A DNA stretch of 64,000 nt. It comes from a virus. Taxonomy: Duplodnaviria > Caudoviricetes. How positions within the stretch are numbered: the first letter of the stretch is position 1; every line of letters starts with the position of its first letter. Made by a program: the position numbers and the translations under genes. Below the pieces are notes generated by a model that was not told where the DNA came from, searched no databases, and saw only the letters and a program-made list of their open reading frames with translations. The stretch is from the IMG/VR virus record IMGVR_UViG_3300021387_000452; one strand, 5' to 3'. Shown one piece after another: positions 9,917 to 20,033 of this stretch.

Positions 9917-12424
9917 TTAAACAACGCCCTCTTCTGCAAGAGTTGTAGCTGTTGAATAGATTGTGTAGGTGAGATCGAAGATTTCTGCTGACTGGTAGAA
10001 AATGAGTGAGATGTTACCTTTAATCATACGATTTGCAATCTCTTCATCAGAGGTTGTATCGGTACCCATCTTAACATCATATTCTCTTAATGCGTTAGCA
10101 GCCTTCAAAGGCTCAAGAATATAATTGGTAACGTAGTTTTTCCAAGTGTCCCAAAGAACAACACTGTTGATTGAGAATTTCAATTTGTCAGTATATTCAT
10201 CAATGGTGCTACGAATATAAACAAGTGTACGGGCAATATGAGCAGCGTTAAGATCTGTGTAACCAGCGTTTAGAGTTTCATTTCCGAAGATCTGAATACC
10301 TCTTGTGCCAGTATCATAGATTGGATTGATTCTGCACTGAACTAGCTGATCTCGCTGAGCTTTTGTCTTTGGATTCTTTACGATTTCGCAAGTCTCAGGA
10401 AGTGTTCCGTATTGATCACCAGCAACTGGATAATGAACACCACGTTCACGATATGAAGTCATGATGTTATTTATTACTAAGTTTGCTGGAGCAGTTAGAA
10501 CTTTAACAGACTTGGCTAAGCCGCTCTCAATCTGTGTGCATTGCTGCTTGAGCCATGAATAATATATTTCAAGATAGAAGCTCTGAATTGAATAGTCAAC
10601 TGTGTTTGTAACGCCATATTCCCAGAGATCTGCGTAATCTTTCTGTGAAGTTACCCAATCACAAGCATCATCTACTTCAAATGGTGTAGTATCAGCAATG
10701 CTCTTGCAGAATGGAGTAGAAAGAATAACTGTGCAGTCCTTGCGTTCACATGCAATCTGTTTTAGATTATAATGAAGTGCTCTACGCTCTTCATGGTTTG
10801 GAGCATAAACACCATCATCTGAACCAGCTCTATCTTCATCTTCCATATCACGGGAAACTGGAGCAGTTAGATCTGCCATTAGGCAACCAACGTATTTCTT
10901 GGCTTTGTACTGCTCAAGAGCTGCGATATAGTCATTCATTGAAACTTTGAATAAAGGCTCGCTAACTGTTACAGGCTGCTCTAGCTCTACTGGATTTCTT
11001 AATGGAGCTGCCCAGTTACCGCTATCTAAACAATATTTCTCAAGTAAAGCGTTAACAATTGAATTAGCTCCACGATCTTTAACTGGACAAGCACCAGCAG
11101 TGTCTTTATCGATGAGCTCAAATCGAACTGCAGTACCAAGTGATGAGTTTAGATTGTTTACCACACTCTGATTTGTTGTAGTCTGCTCAAGTTTGATCTT
11201 TGCAGAGCCAAGAATGTTCTTGCCACCATTATTCTTAACTGCAACGTTTAGATAGTAAACATGAAGTGAATATGGCTTTGTCTGTGAAAGATAAACATCA
11301 AATGTAAGATCTTCAGCCATTGATGAGTAAGCAATCAATGAGTGAGATGCTCTTGTAACACCGTTAATGTTAAAGACTTTAAGTGCACCGCTCTCGGTTA
11401 GCTTACCGTCTAATGTGCTCTTTAGTGTCTCTTTAGTTTCATCAGCAGCTAACTCATGTGTAACTGTGATTTCCAAATAACCGCCACTGAATTTGTAGTC
11501 GATCTTCTTAGGAACTCTTGGATCTGGTGTAGCTTCGATAGTAAACGCAGTTTTAAGATCATTGAGTGCAGAATTCAATAGAATGTACTCATTCTCAAGT
11601 TTAGTAGTACTCTTCAAAGTAAATGAAACTTCTTTTTCAACTGATTCATCATACTTAATAGTAGTGCTATCTTTTGATTCAGTTACTGCTTTAACTTTAA
11701 TAGGCTCTGCGCCCCAAGTTGGGTCTACATAACCAAACGCTACTATATTGGTGAAGCCAAAATCTTCAAGAAGTGTGATCTCAAGATCAAATTTACCATT
11801 TGCTTTTGCAACGCACTTCCATGTGTATTTACCAGTAAGATCAACGCCGTCACTTGGATATGGATTACTATCTGGGCTGCTTGGTTCTACATCATCAGTG
11901 CCTGCTACAGAAAATGGCTCTGAGTAAAGTACAAGGCTACCAACACCTGGTGTAGGTGTTTCACCATAACCTCTTAACTTGTCTACAATATATTTATTGT
12001 TGACATCTTTAATTACCCATTTACGTGAACCAATTGGTTCATTTTCTAACTGGATTTCAGTTTCATTACCAGCTGTATCATCCCGACGAACTTGATCTGC
12101 TAAGAATGTGAACTCATAAATACCAGACTCACCAGAATTTACTTTAGCAACATAACAAGATGTACCGTTACCAACTACTTGCATAATGCTGTAGAGATCA
12201 ATGTACTTTTTAGGGTCGATACGAGGATCACCGAAATTAGCAATTAAGCTCTCTGTGTCACGAATAAGAATTGGGCTGTATAACTTATCAGCATTCTTCT
12301 CTAACTTTGCTATTGGTGTAATAGCAGCAAGAAGAGGTGTGAAGCTGACTATATTTGGAACGACAGATAAGTCTTTTACTCTTGACTTAAGATGCGCTGA
12401 CTCGCGTGTCTCATTTCTAATCAT
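9917..12424 (-). CDS. Major tail sheath protein (gp18-like)
   Basis: N-terminal PILIRDTESLIANFGDP and C-terminal RDQLVQCRINPI...IFGNETL...HIARTLVYI are contractile-sheath signatures. Strong RBS. Confidence 0.9.
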   Translation of the reverse strand: MIRNETRESAHLKSRVKDLSVVPNIVSFTPLLAAITPIAKLEKNADKLYSPILIRDTESLIANFGDPRIDPKKYIDLYSIMQVVGNGTSCYVAKVNSGESGIYEFTFLADQVRRDDTAGNETEIQLENEPIGSRKWVIKDVNNKYIVDKLRGYGETPTPGVGSLVLYSEPFSVAGTDDVEPSSPDSNPYPSDGVDLTGKYTWKCVAKANGKFDLEITLLEDFGFTNIVAFGYVDPTWGAEPIKVKAVTESKDSTTIKYDESVEKEVSFTLKSTTKLENEYILLNSALNDLKTAFTIEATPDPRVPKKIDYKFSGGYLEITVTHELAADETKETLKSTLDGKLTESGALKVFNINGVTRASHSLIAYSSMAEDLTFDVYLSQTKPYSLHVYYLNVAVKNNGGKNILGSAKIKLEQTTTNQSVVNNLNSSLGTAVRFELIDKDTAGACPVKDRGANSIVNALLEKYCLDSGNWAAPLRNPVELEQPVTVSEPLFKVSMNDYIAALEQYKAKKYVGCLMADLTAPVSRDMEDEDRAGSDDGVYAPNHEERRALHYNLKQIACERKDCTVILSTPFCKSIADTTPFEVDDACDWVTSQKDYADLWEYGVTNTVDYSIQSFYLEIYYSWLKQQCTQIESGLAKSVKVLTAPANLVINNIMTSYRERGVHYPVAGDQYGTLPETCEIVKNPKTKAQRDQLVQCRINPIYDTGTRGIQIFGNETLNAGYTDLNAAHIARTLVYIRSTIDEYTDKLKFSINSVVLWDTWKNYVTNYILEPLKAANALREYDVKMGTDTTSDEEIANRMIKGNISLIFYQSAEIFDLTYTIYSTATTLAEEGVV

Positions 12425-12447
12425 AATCTATATATCTCCTCAATGCG

Positions 12448-12873
12448 CTAAGAATTTCTAAGAACTGTTAATAATTCAAAATACTTAAGCTTGCCTTTTT
12501 TGTAATCTCGGTAGTAAGAACTAAAATCCTTCTCAAGAGTATAGTTTCGAGTATAATCAGAAAAGATACTCTTTTCGCTGTCAGACAACTTCGACCAAAT
12601 AGCAGAAAATACATGCTGAACAGTAAATGGCACTATGTGTGAAGTTAATAAATGATGTGGTCTAAACTGTTTATTTTCAGCAAAGCAAAACAAATGCTCA
12701 TTATGTTCTTCACAGAATAGCTTAGCTGCCTTTGTATTAGTGTTATCATGAAATGGGCAGAAGCATGATGTAGTTCTATCCGGAAAACTTATACCAGCAT
12801 ATTTTAATAGATATTCAAACGTGCAAAAATAATCAATGACGTTTACTTCAAGTGCAAAATCTACATCTGCCAT
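12448..12873 (-). CDS. Stand-alone DNA primase CHC2-type zinc-binding domain protein
   Basis: CPFHDNTNTKAA...LFCFAE matches the DnaG zinc ribbon. No Toprim domain is attached. Confidence 0.75.
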   Translation of the reverse strand: MADVDFALEVNVIDYFCTFEYLLKYAGISFPDRTTSCFCPFHDNTNTKAAKLFCEEHNEHLFCFAENKQFRPHHLLTSHIVPFTVQHVFSAIWSKLSDSEKSIFSDYTRNYTLEKDFSSYYRDYKKGKLKYFELLTVLRNS

Positions 12874-12882
12874 GTCAATACT

Positions 12883-14073
12883 CTAATATGCAATAATAGC
12901 TGCTTTTACTGCTGGAAGATTACCATACTGTTTAATGTTTTCTGAATTTGCGCTATCATACTCAAGTACTTTAGCATTAAGTTGATCAGCAACAAACTTA
13001 CGAAGCTTAAGAAAGTTATCATACTCTGTAGAATCACCATCGCTTTTGAACTTTTTGTTAATCCAAGCGCTCAAAGCACTTTGATTTTTATCACTATTTC
13101 TACTACTGAAATCATCTTTGTCTGAATTGTTTGCAGCTTTATCATCAGCAGACTTTACAGAGCCGCCAGTTAATTTGCTCATGTCTAATACATTATAGAG
13201 AACCTTAAATACAGTTTTCTCAGATGGCTTCTTAATACGACCGTCTATAGGTGCAACAGCAATACATACGGTGTTATCCTCTGAAGAATCTTTCTCAGAA
13301 CCAGAGTCCATTGCATATCTGCATCTGCCTATAAAAGGAGCATTCATTGTAAAGTTACTATCTGTTGATACCAGCGTCTTTAGCTGAGAAACGATAAAAC
13401 ACGCAGGATTTGTATCTTTTATTGCAAGTGTTCTGGCTGCTTTAAAGTTACCTGATTTAAGAGCTGATTTAATAGCGTCAATGTTTGTAACTTTACTATC
13501 AAGTATAATAGTCCATATAGAGTAACCTTCTTTTGAAAGTGATACTTTTACATGTAGTGTAGTTTTTGCGTCATTAGTTAGCTTCTGCGCTTGATCATCT
13601 GTATTCTGCTGCTGATTATCACTTTTATTAGCTGAGCTATCAGTGTTCTGCTGAATAGGTTGCTGGACTTGGTCTTGTTGAGCAGCTTGCTGTGAAGAGC
13701 CTTGACTGTCATCTCTAGCTGGCTCATCTTCAAATACTCTGTGAAGATAACTATATGCCTCTAATATTGAGTAATTTCTAATAAAGCTATTATTATCAGA
13801 AGTAGAAGTACTGCTATCTGAACTTTGACTTGTTGAAGATGGTTGAGATGCACTGCTTTGTGACTGCTGCTGCGGCTGTTCATTCTGTGAAGTTGATTGG
13901 TCAGATTCTTGATTAGAATCATTTTCACTAGAAGTATCTACAAACTCAATCTTACAGCTCTTTGATGAAGGCCCTAATAGAAATGTATTTAATAATTGAG
14001 TCGCCTCTTTACTCTGTCTAGTATCATCATCAACTGGCTTATCAGGAAATTCGCAAACTTTTATAAAACTCAT
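12883..14073 (-). CDS. Hypothetical protein with Gln/Ser-rich low-complexity linkers (possible virion protein)
   Basis: 396 aa; preceded by tandem TGTATAAT and ATATCTA motifs. Confidence 0.7.
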   Translation of the reverse strand: MSFIKVCEFPDKPVDDDTRQSKEATQLLNTFLLGPSSKSCKIEFVDTSSENDSNQESDQSTSQNEQPQQQSQSSASQPSSTSQSSDSSTSTSDNNSFIRNYSILEAYSYLHRVFEDEPARDDSQGSSQQAAQQDQVQQPIQQNTDSSANKSDNQQQNTDDQAQKLTNDAKTTLHVKVSLSKEGYSIWTIILDSKVTNIDAIKSALKSGNFKAARTLAIKDTNPACFIVSQLKTLVSTDSNFTMNAPFIGRCRYAMDSGSEKDSSEDNTVCIAVAPIDGRIKKPSEKTVFKVLYNVLDMSKLTGGSVKSADDKAANNSDKDDFSSRNSDKNQSALSAWINKKFKSDGDSTEYDNFLKLRKFVADQLNAKVLEYDSANSENIKQYGNLPAVKAAIIAY

Positions 14074-14129
14074 ATCAAATCACTCCATAACTTATGACTC
14101 AATGTAAGCATGATTCTTACTAATATAAT

Positions 14130-14144
14130 TAGATATATTATACA
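14130..14144 (-). promoter_or_regulatory. Tandem TGTATAAT + ATATCTA promoter motifs
   Basis: Minus strand reads TGTATAATATATCTA just downstream of the 14151-14176 hairpin. Confidence 0.65.
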
Positions 14145-14150
14145 ACAAAT

Positions 14151-14176
14151 CCCTAGCAGATGAAACTCTACTAGGG
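14151..14176 (-). terminator. Intrinsic terminator after the SF2 helicase gene
   Basis: CCCTAGTAGA/TCTGCTAGGG stem (one G-U) followed by ATTTGTTG. Confidence 0.65.
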
Positions 14177-14187
14177 TTACACGAATT

Positions 14188-15714
14188 CTACTTAGTTCTA
14201 CGCCAAAGCATATTATCCTTAAGCATCTTCTTTTCAGCGCCAAGATCGACATCAATATAATTACATTGATCATCAAGACTGTCCAAAGTACCAAGCGCTT
14301 CACTGCCAAGAAGAGTGCTTATTAACGCTTTATGACTCTTAAATAAAGATGTCTTATATGTGTCGATAGTGTCTTTCACTGATATAAAATAGATATTTTG
14401 CTGATCATATGTAGAGTCCATTCTACAAACGCGACCGAGTGTTTGAATTACTCTACCAATCGACCAATCACAGTGAAAGCAGATTATATTATTTGACCTT
14501 TGAAGATTGCGTGACTGTGATGCAGCCTGTGAGCATAGTATGATGTCTTTTAATCCAAGATTTGATTCAATCTTTGCACGATAATCTTCTTTCTCTGCGC
14601 CAGTTAGTCGATATATATTGTTAAATCCAATCTCTGACTTATGCTCTAATAACAGCTGCTCAGCTCTTTCAAGAGAATCAATATATACAAAGTATATAAG
14701 AGTTGATTCATTACGATCAATGATTTCTTTTACTGTAGACAAAAGAAGTTTCATCTTATTTGTAACAAATGACTCATCATTGTCTTTAGTGTCTATAATT
14801 CGCTGTAAGTCATGAACCCTAGCGCCAAAATCTTTTGCATCATCTACTGGACTGCCTGGCTCTCCATCTTTCTTCTTTGATTTTTTCTTCACTTTCTCAG
14901 GATGATAGAGAATGTCAAAGAATCCTTTCGCTGCCATGGTGTAAAGCTTTTCACATTCTTTATCAAGATCACATTCTAGAAAGTTAAAATTTACATTATA
15001 ATGAACACAGCCCTTTATAATAAGCTTATCAAGAACGTCATTCAGTTCTTTCATGTTTTGATAGCCAACTATTTCAGTGATTTTTCTCTGAATTACAGCG
15101 CCAAATCTGTTCTTCATTCTAATAGTTCTATCTTGTGTAATGCAATATCTTGCTCTAAACTTAAACCACGACTGAAACACTCTTGGGTACACAAAGTGAA
15201 GAACATTGAATAGACCCTCAATGTCGTTTAGCAGTGGAGTAGCTGTCATCGCAATAATCTTCTTACAATAGCATCTAATCTCCCATGCTGCACTAGCAAA
15301 CACAGACTTTGGATTCTGTAAAGAGTGAGCTTCATCTATAACAAGATGGCATGTGTTAGTACTAGCAAGAGCAACCAAATCTTCGATGTATTTATTGACA
15401 ACTGAATTCTCTACAATGATATATCTCTTATTGGAAATATCTTCATACTTAATAGTCTTCCCAGCAGTTACAAATATGTAATCATTTTCTGGAATCTCAA
15501 GTTTGGTACTCAACTCTTTCTTAAATGCAGCTCTTGCTGACTTTGGAATGAATAAGATACACTTATGATTGTTGTCTTTTAGTAGATCATCTTTTACATG
15601 ACATAATACGCAGAGCGTTTTTCCGCATCCAGGGGAGAGCGCAAGTATAGCTGCATTCATTGATCTAAGCTTTTCTATTGAGCTCTTTTGAAGCTCAGAC
15701 AGTTCAAATTTCAT
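14188..15714 (-). CDS. SNF2-like superfamily 2 helicase
   Basis: Walker A SPGCGKT, motif II DEAH, motif III TATP, motif VI QTLGRVCR. Confidence 0.9.
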   Translation of the reverse strand: MKFELSELQKSSIEKLRSMNAAILALSPGCGKTLCVLCHVKDDLLKDNNHKCILFIPKSARAAFKKELSTKLEIPENDYIFVTAGKTIKYEDISNKRYIIVENSVVNKYIEDLVALASTNTCHLVIDEAHSLQNPKSVFASAAWEIRCYCKKIIAMTATPLLNDIEGLFNVLHFVYPRVFQSWFKFRARYCITQDRTIRMKNRFGAVIQRKITEIVGYQNMKELNDVLDKLIIKGCVHYNVNFNFLECDLDKECEKLYTMAAKGFFDILYHPEKVKKKSKKKDGEPGSPVDDAKDFGARVHDLQRIIDTKDNDESFVTNKMKLLLSTVKEIIDRNESTLIYFVYIDSLERAEQLLLEHKSEIGFNNIYRLTGAEKEDYRAKIESNLGLKDIILCSQAASQSRNLQRSNNIICFHCDWSIGRVIQTLGRVCRMDSTYDQQNIYFISVKDTIDTYKTSLFKSHKALISTLLGSEALGTLDSLDDQCNYIDVDLGAEKKMLKDNMLWRRTK

Positions 15715-15740
15715 ACTTAATAATCCTATGCAAAATAAAA

Positions 15741-15770
15741 CCCAGCAATGAAATATACATCACTGCTGGG
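15741..15770 (-). terminator. Intrinsic terminator whose 8-nt loop is exactly TGTATATT
   Basis: CCCAGCAGTGA-TGTATATT-TCATTGCTGGG-TTTTATTTT on the minus strand. Confidence 0.8.
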
Positions 15771-15798
15771 CTGATGCTAAATCATATGATGTGTAGTA

Positions 15799-16083
15799 TT
15801 AAAATTCTTTTCCGTTCTCTCTATCTTCAAAAATAGAGCTGAAGCGATCATTAGCTTCTTTTGAGAAAATATTTTCACATACTTTAAGTGCCATATTTAC
15901 ATCGCTATAATTAGCAATATCACTATATGCTAATGTCTTACATAGATCATTTACAATCTGTCTAATACTATCTGCTGCTCTGTATACAGCATTAGCAACT
16001 GGATCAGCTGCTTCATTCTTAGCAGACTTACGATTCATCATTCTTTCTAATCTTGCAATTCTAGCCTCTAATTTCTTATCCAT
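15799..16083 (-). CDS. Small protein with an N-terminal LEARIARLE tag and KNE|A site (candidate internal head protein)
   Basis: 94 aa, GAGG RBS; motif shared with three other ORFs in the window. Confidence 0.6.
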   Translation of the reverse strand: MDKKLEARIARLERMMNRKSAKNEAADPVANAVYRAADSIRQIVNDLCKTLAYSDIANYSDVNMALKVCENIFSKEANDRFSSIFEDRENGKEF

Positions 16084-16092
16084 ATTTGTACC

Positions 16093-16929
16093 TCACAACG
16101 CGTTTAATCTCTCTATCTTTGACTTAAGAAAATCACTTATTGTAACTTGCTCTCTGTCATAGTCGCAGGTAAGATTATCTTCAATGACATTCAACTTCAT
16201 AATGTCAAAGTTGACTTTGAATTTATCATACGCTTCAATTAGCTTATCAATCCATTTCTTCTCAGAATCTTTCAGAGACTCTTTAACACAATCTAATTGA
16301 TATACTGACGGGCAGTCTCCAGAATAATTTAAAGAATTTACTATGTGAGCAGCTAACTTTCTTGGGAACCTTGCTACTGGTGGATATAGAGTATCGCTTG
16401 CATCACCAGCGATTGCTCTAAAGATTGGCAGCTTTGCGGGCTCTATTTCAAAGAACTTATCAGCGTATTCAAACTTATAAGACTCTTCTGTAATCACGCG
16501 GTCTGTGCCATTATCTATGACAGTGTCTGGCTTCAATGACTGTAAAATATCTTTATCGCCTGAGATAATTTTCTTTCTTCCTTCTAAAGTCCTAGACAGC
16601 GTGAAGATAATCTCATCTGATTCATAACTATTATTAAAGTATATTTTTATACGATCATTGTGAATCAAATGAACAAACGATGATAGAGCCTCATAGACGC
16701 TTCTCTGACCATCTCTACATCTGTTGCCTTTGTAAGCTTCACCAAGAAGTCGTCTACCTTTCGTGTCGCGCCCATCAAGTGCTAGATGGACAGTCGCATC
16801 TTTTCTTACAAGCAATGACTCAATTTTCTTACATAAGAAATGAATCTCTGGATACTCTTCCCAAATCTTTGAGCAGCTGAAATAGCCCCTATATAAAAGC
16901 CATGACGTGTCGCATAAATAATGAATCAT
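16093..16929 (-). CDS. 5'-3' exonuclease / flap endonuclease (T4 RNase H / PolA N-terminal family)
   Basis: DTSWLLYR, ALD, ESDEII, SGDKD and GDASD acidic motifs. Start moved to ATG 16929 (AAGGA RBS 7 nt upstream). Confidence 0.85.
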   Translation of the reverse strand: MIHYLCDTSWLLYRGYFSCSKIWEEYPEIHFLCKKIESLLVRKDATVHLALDGRDTKGRRLLGEAYKGNRCRDGQRSVYEALSSFVHLIHNDRIKIYFNNSYESDEIIFTLSRTLEGRKKIISGDKDILQSLKPDTVIDNGTDRVITEESYKFEYADKFFEIEPAKLPIFRAIAGDASDTLYPPVARFPRKLAAHIVNSLNYSGDCPSVYQLDCVKESLKDSEKKWIDKLIEAYDKFKVNFDIMKLNVIEDNLTCDYDREQVTISDFLKSKIERLNAL

Positions 16930-16939
16930 GTGCATATCC

Positions 16940-17614
16940 TTAAATTTCAATAATAGCTGGCTCATAAGTAACTCTATAATCTTCATCTAATATAGACACA
17001 TTCTTAATGTTAGCAAGCTTTCCATTATTAAGAATTACAGGTGTAGTATTATGATCACCTGTATGAATGTGCCCACAAATGTTTAGTTCGATGTTTGATC
17101 TAAGAATATCATTACGAAGATCTACAGAACCAAGCTCCTTATTAAACTGTTTAACAAACCCAACGTTTCCAAATCGTGGTGGCTGATGTGTAATAAGAAC
17201 GTCAGTGTCATCATCAAACTCATATATCTGGTTATACTGATTTGAAAACGCCCACCCGTTTGGTGATTCGCTGTTTGGGTTGCCATAAAATTTCTTTCCA
17301 TCTATAATGACACTATCATGGCAAAGATAATGGACTCTATCATCTATTCTATGACGAGCAAGAATCTTATAAAGATCTTCTTTAAAGAATTTATATGTGC
17401 ATGCAAAGTCATGATTTCCTGGAATGATTATTATATGGCTTGTCTTAAGAGCTTTCATCCAAGGCACATATTTCTTATCCCACCAATTAAGTACAGACAT
17501 GCAGTCTTGCTGACAATATAAAGGAGACCAATCTCCGGCAATTATTACTACATCGCATGATTCTCTAATCTGCTCTAGATTCCCATGCTGATCTGAAAGT
17601 GCGATGATTTTCAT
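16940..17614 (-). CDS. Calcineurin-like metallophosphoesterase
   Basis: DQHG, AGD, GNHD, THQPP and GHIH motifs. Confidence 0.9.
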   Translation of the reverse strand: MKIIALSDQHGNLEQIRESCDVVIIAGDWSPLYCQQDCMSVLNWWDKKYVPWMKALKTSHIIIIPGNHDFACTYKFFKEDLYKILARHRIDDRVHYLCHDSVIIDGKKFYGNPNSESPNGWAFSNQYNQIYEFDDDTDVLITHQPPRFGNVGFVKQFNKELGSVDLRNDILRSNIELNICGHIHTGDHNTTPVILNNGKLANIKNVSILDEDYRVTYEPAIIEI

Positions 17615-17641
17615 ATAAGCTCCAAATGCAAATACAATAAA

Positions 17642-17677
17642 AGGGCATAGAGATAATTCTACACCCTATAGTATACA
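17642..17677 (-). terminator. Terminator after the tail tube gene, with TGTATACT immediately upstream of its 5' arm
   Basis: AGGGTGTAGA/TCTATGCCCT stem (two G-U) plus TTTATT; motif at 17670-17677. Confidence 0.65.
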
Positions 17678-17694
17678 CAAATACTCTTTAATAA

Positions 17695-18270
17695 TTAAAT
17701 ACCAGTATCTTCCCAATAGCGGTCAACAGAAAGCTCTAGAGTAATTGTCTGGCCATCACCAGTACCATCAAATGAAAACTCTGAACCCTGACCAAAGGAT
17801 TTTGGCCAAATTCCTTCTAAGTTCCATTTACGAATTAAGCTGCAATCTGGGGAGTACATGTAAAGAACGCCATTTGTTTTATATGCACTAACTAGACCCA
17901 TGAGCTTGTCTTTACGAGAGAAGACTCTCTCAAACCATTGCTGCATAACATTGATCTGATCTCTACCAATAGTGTCATGAACAGTAAGAGTAAGATCATC
18001 AAATGTAGGTGATTTAGCAACTTTTACGACATCATTGCCGTGACGTAATTCTAACTGCTCAGCATTAACTTTTGGAGCTGAAATTGATTTTGTTGATAGA
18101 CGAATATGTTCTGCCAAAACATCGCCCTGACCACCGCTTAAACCAAGCTTACCAAGATCAAGAACTACTTCAAAATGATTTGTACGCTGAACTTCAAAGT
18201 TGCCAGACTCACTTGCAAAGTGAGACGCATCTGTATAAAACTTACCGGCTAACTTATCTTGTGCTGCCAT
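17695..18270 (-). CDS. Tail tube protein (gp19-like)
   Basis: RTNHFEV...LTLTVHD...QWF...WNLEGIWP...LELSVD pattern, 191 aa, GGAGG RBS. Confidence 0.9.
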   Translation of the reverse strand: MAAQDKLAGKFYTDASHFASESGNFEVQRTNHFEVVLDLGKLGLSGGQGDVLAEHIRLSTKSISAPKVNAEQLELRHGNDVVKVAKSPTFDDLTLTVHDTIGRDQINVMQQWFERVFSRKDKLMGLVSAYKTNGVLYMYSPDCSLIRKWNLEGIWPKSFGQGSEFSFDGTGDGQTITLELSVDRYWEDTGI

Positions 18271-18290
18271 ATTATATCCTCCAAACTATG

Positions 18291-20033
18291 CTATATAGTA
18301 AATTCCAAATTGATACTTTCGAGCGCTCTAGCAAAGACCAGTCTGACATTAATAGTCACAGTCTGGTGCTCAGTAGTGTAGTCTATATTATAATTAGATA
18401 ATATGCCAGACTCAATGTACTGTTCTAGAATCTGACTTTTGATATAATTCAAGCAATTATTAATGTTGTAATATGTGTTCAGCATGAATTTCTTAGTCTC
18501 AAGAAATTCATGAATAGATCTTCTCATTCTAACGAAGTTACGAGCTATATGACTAAATCTCAGGTTTGGTAGAAGTGAAAGCGTTCTATTACCATAAATT
18601 GTAGGCTTATCAGAGTCAAATGAAACTAGTGTATTGCATCTAAGATCTCGTAGTGATTCAGCTATCGACTCACTCACTATAAATTTGATGTTATTATTTG
18701 ATATGTTTAAATCATCGACTGGATTAGCAGAATATACGCTACTGCTACGAACTATATTATAGAATGCTATAGATGCTAATGGGAAGTGAACTCTGTTTGG
18801 GACTTGAAGTATTGTAGAACCAACTACAAAATCAGAAATGGCTCCATAGTATAAATCACAGTTATAATTTTCTGGAAGTAGAGCTATGTGATGATCATTC
18901 TCAGCATCTGATTCTGGGCTAGAATTAATTCCATTTAAAAAATCTACAATCGAACTAGAAGATATATCTGGAGTATTCAAGTAGCAGTAAGTGTAACAGT
19001 CACTTGGAAATAATTCTAGTAATGAGCTCTGAATGTAGACTACAGAATCATAGCTCATATCATCTAGAACAGATCTAACAACTAATCCACTGTCATTCTT
19101 AATAGTGAACGATTTATATATCTTACTCAAGAGTAAGTTATGCGGCTCTGGCTTCTTCTCGCTTAGTCTTTCAATAGCTTCGATATATTTCAAAGAAGCT
19201 TTGTCTTCATCATCAAAGTCATAAATATATTTATCACTATTTATTCTGTACCAATAATGCTCACTTTTTGTATTTCGTTCTATTTTAGTTAGATCATATG
19301 CTTCATGAGTCTTTTCTTTATGTTCATCATAAGACTCGAAATATATCACAAGATTTTTGCATGCTTTGAATTCATCAATAAGTGAAGTCTCTTTAGACGG
19401 ATCTGAATTTACAACCTGAAGCTCCAAGCCATCTTTCAAAAGAGTATCGATCAATAGCTGATCAGTTGTATCTTTCTTTGACGTGTCAAACACGTAGTGA
19501 TTAGTCTTATATAGATTTGCTTTACTAAACGTTCGTAGAGCATCATCTCCCTGAATAAGTGATCTATTCAAGATATATAAATCTACATAAAGATCCAATC
19601 TGTTTATTGCAAATTTTGCTCGTATGATCGGCTGACAAAATTTGATGTCTGATTTTAATCTATATCCAACTGTGTCATACCCGCTATTAACAAATGAAAA
19701 CTCTGTATGGCCATTATATGGCGTTCTAAAATTTTCTTCATAAGTATTTAGCATATCATCATCTATAGATGATATGTACATATAATGGCCATTTGAGACT
19801 AAATGATATGCTATTATTAAATCACAATATTTTACTGGATCGATAAATGGATCGCCATAATAATCAAGAAGCTCTTGAACAGAATTTATCAATTCGCATC
19901 TATGATCTACTGATACGTCATTACCATCTTCACCTTTGTATGAGTATACTACAGTCTTTGGTGTGTGGCATATAATCGCGCCAATGTTAGAATAACTTGA
20001 ATAAATTCTATCTTCAATAACTGGATTGATCAT
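18291..20033 (-). CDS. Second, divergent tail sheath paralogue
   Basis: INSVQELLDYYGDPFIDPVKY and IYGNRTL...HIARNFVRMRRSI align with both ends of the 9917-12424 sheath. Confidence 0.8.
   Translation of the reverse strand: MINPVIEDRIYSSYSNIGAIICHTPKTVVYSYKGEDGNDVSVDHRCELINSVQELLDYYGDPFIDPVKYCDLIIAYHLVSNGHYMYISSIDDDMLNTYEENFRTPYNGHTEFSFVNSGYDTVGYRLKSDIKFCQPIIRAKFAINRLDLYVDLYILNRSLIQGDDALRTFSKANLYKTNHYVFDTSKKDTTDQLLIDTLLKDGLELQVVNSDPSKETSLIDEFKACKNLVIYFESYDEHKEKTHEAYDLTKIERNTKSEHYWYRINSDKYIYDFDDEDKASLKYIEAIERLSEKKPEPHNLLLSKIYKSFTIKNDSGLVVRSVLDDMSYDSVVYIQSSLLELFPSDCYTYCYLNTPDISSSSIVDFLNGINSSPESDAENDHHIALLPENYNCDLYYGAISDFVVGSTILQVPNRVHFPLASIAFYNIVRSSSVYSANPVDDLNISNNNIKFIVSESIAESLRDLRCNTLVSFDSDKPTIYGNRTLSLLPNLRFSHIARNFVRMRRSIHEFLETKKFMLNTYYNINNCLNYIKSQILEQYIESGILSNYNIDYTTEHQTVTINVRLVFARALESINLEFTI

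Noticed and set aside
14070-14309. 79-aa minus-strand ORF
   Set aside because: It overlaps the helicase end and runs through a terminator and two promoter motifs, so it is likely spurious. The same applies to other short out-of-frame minus ORFs nested in large genes.
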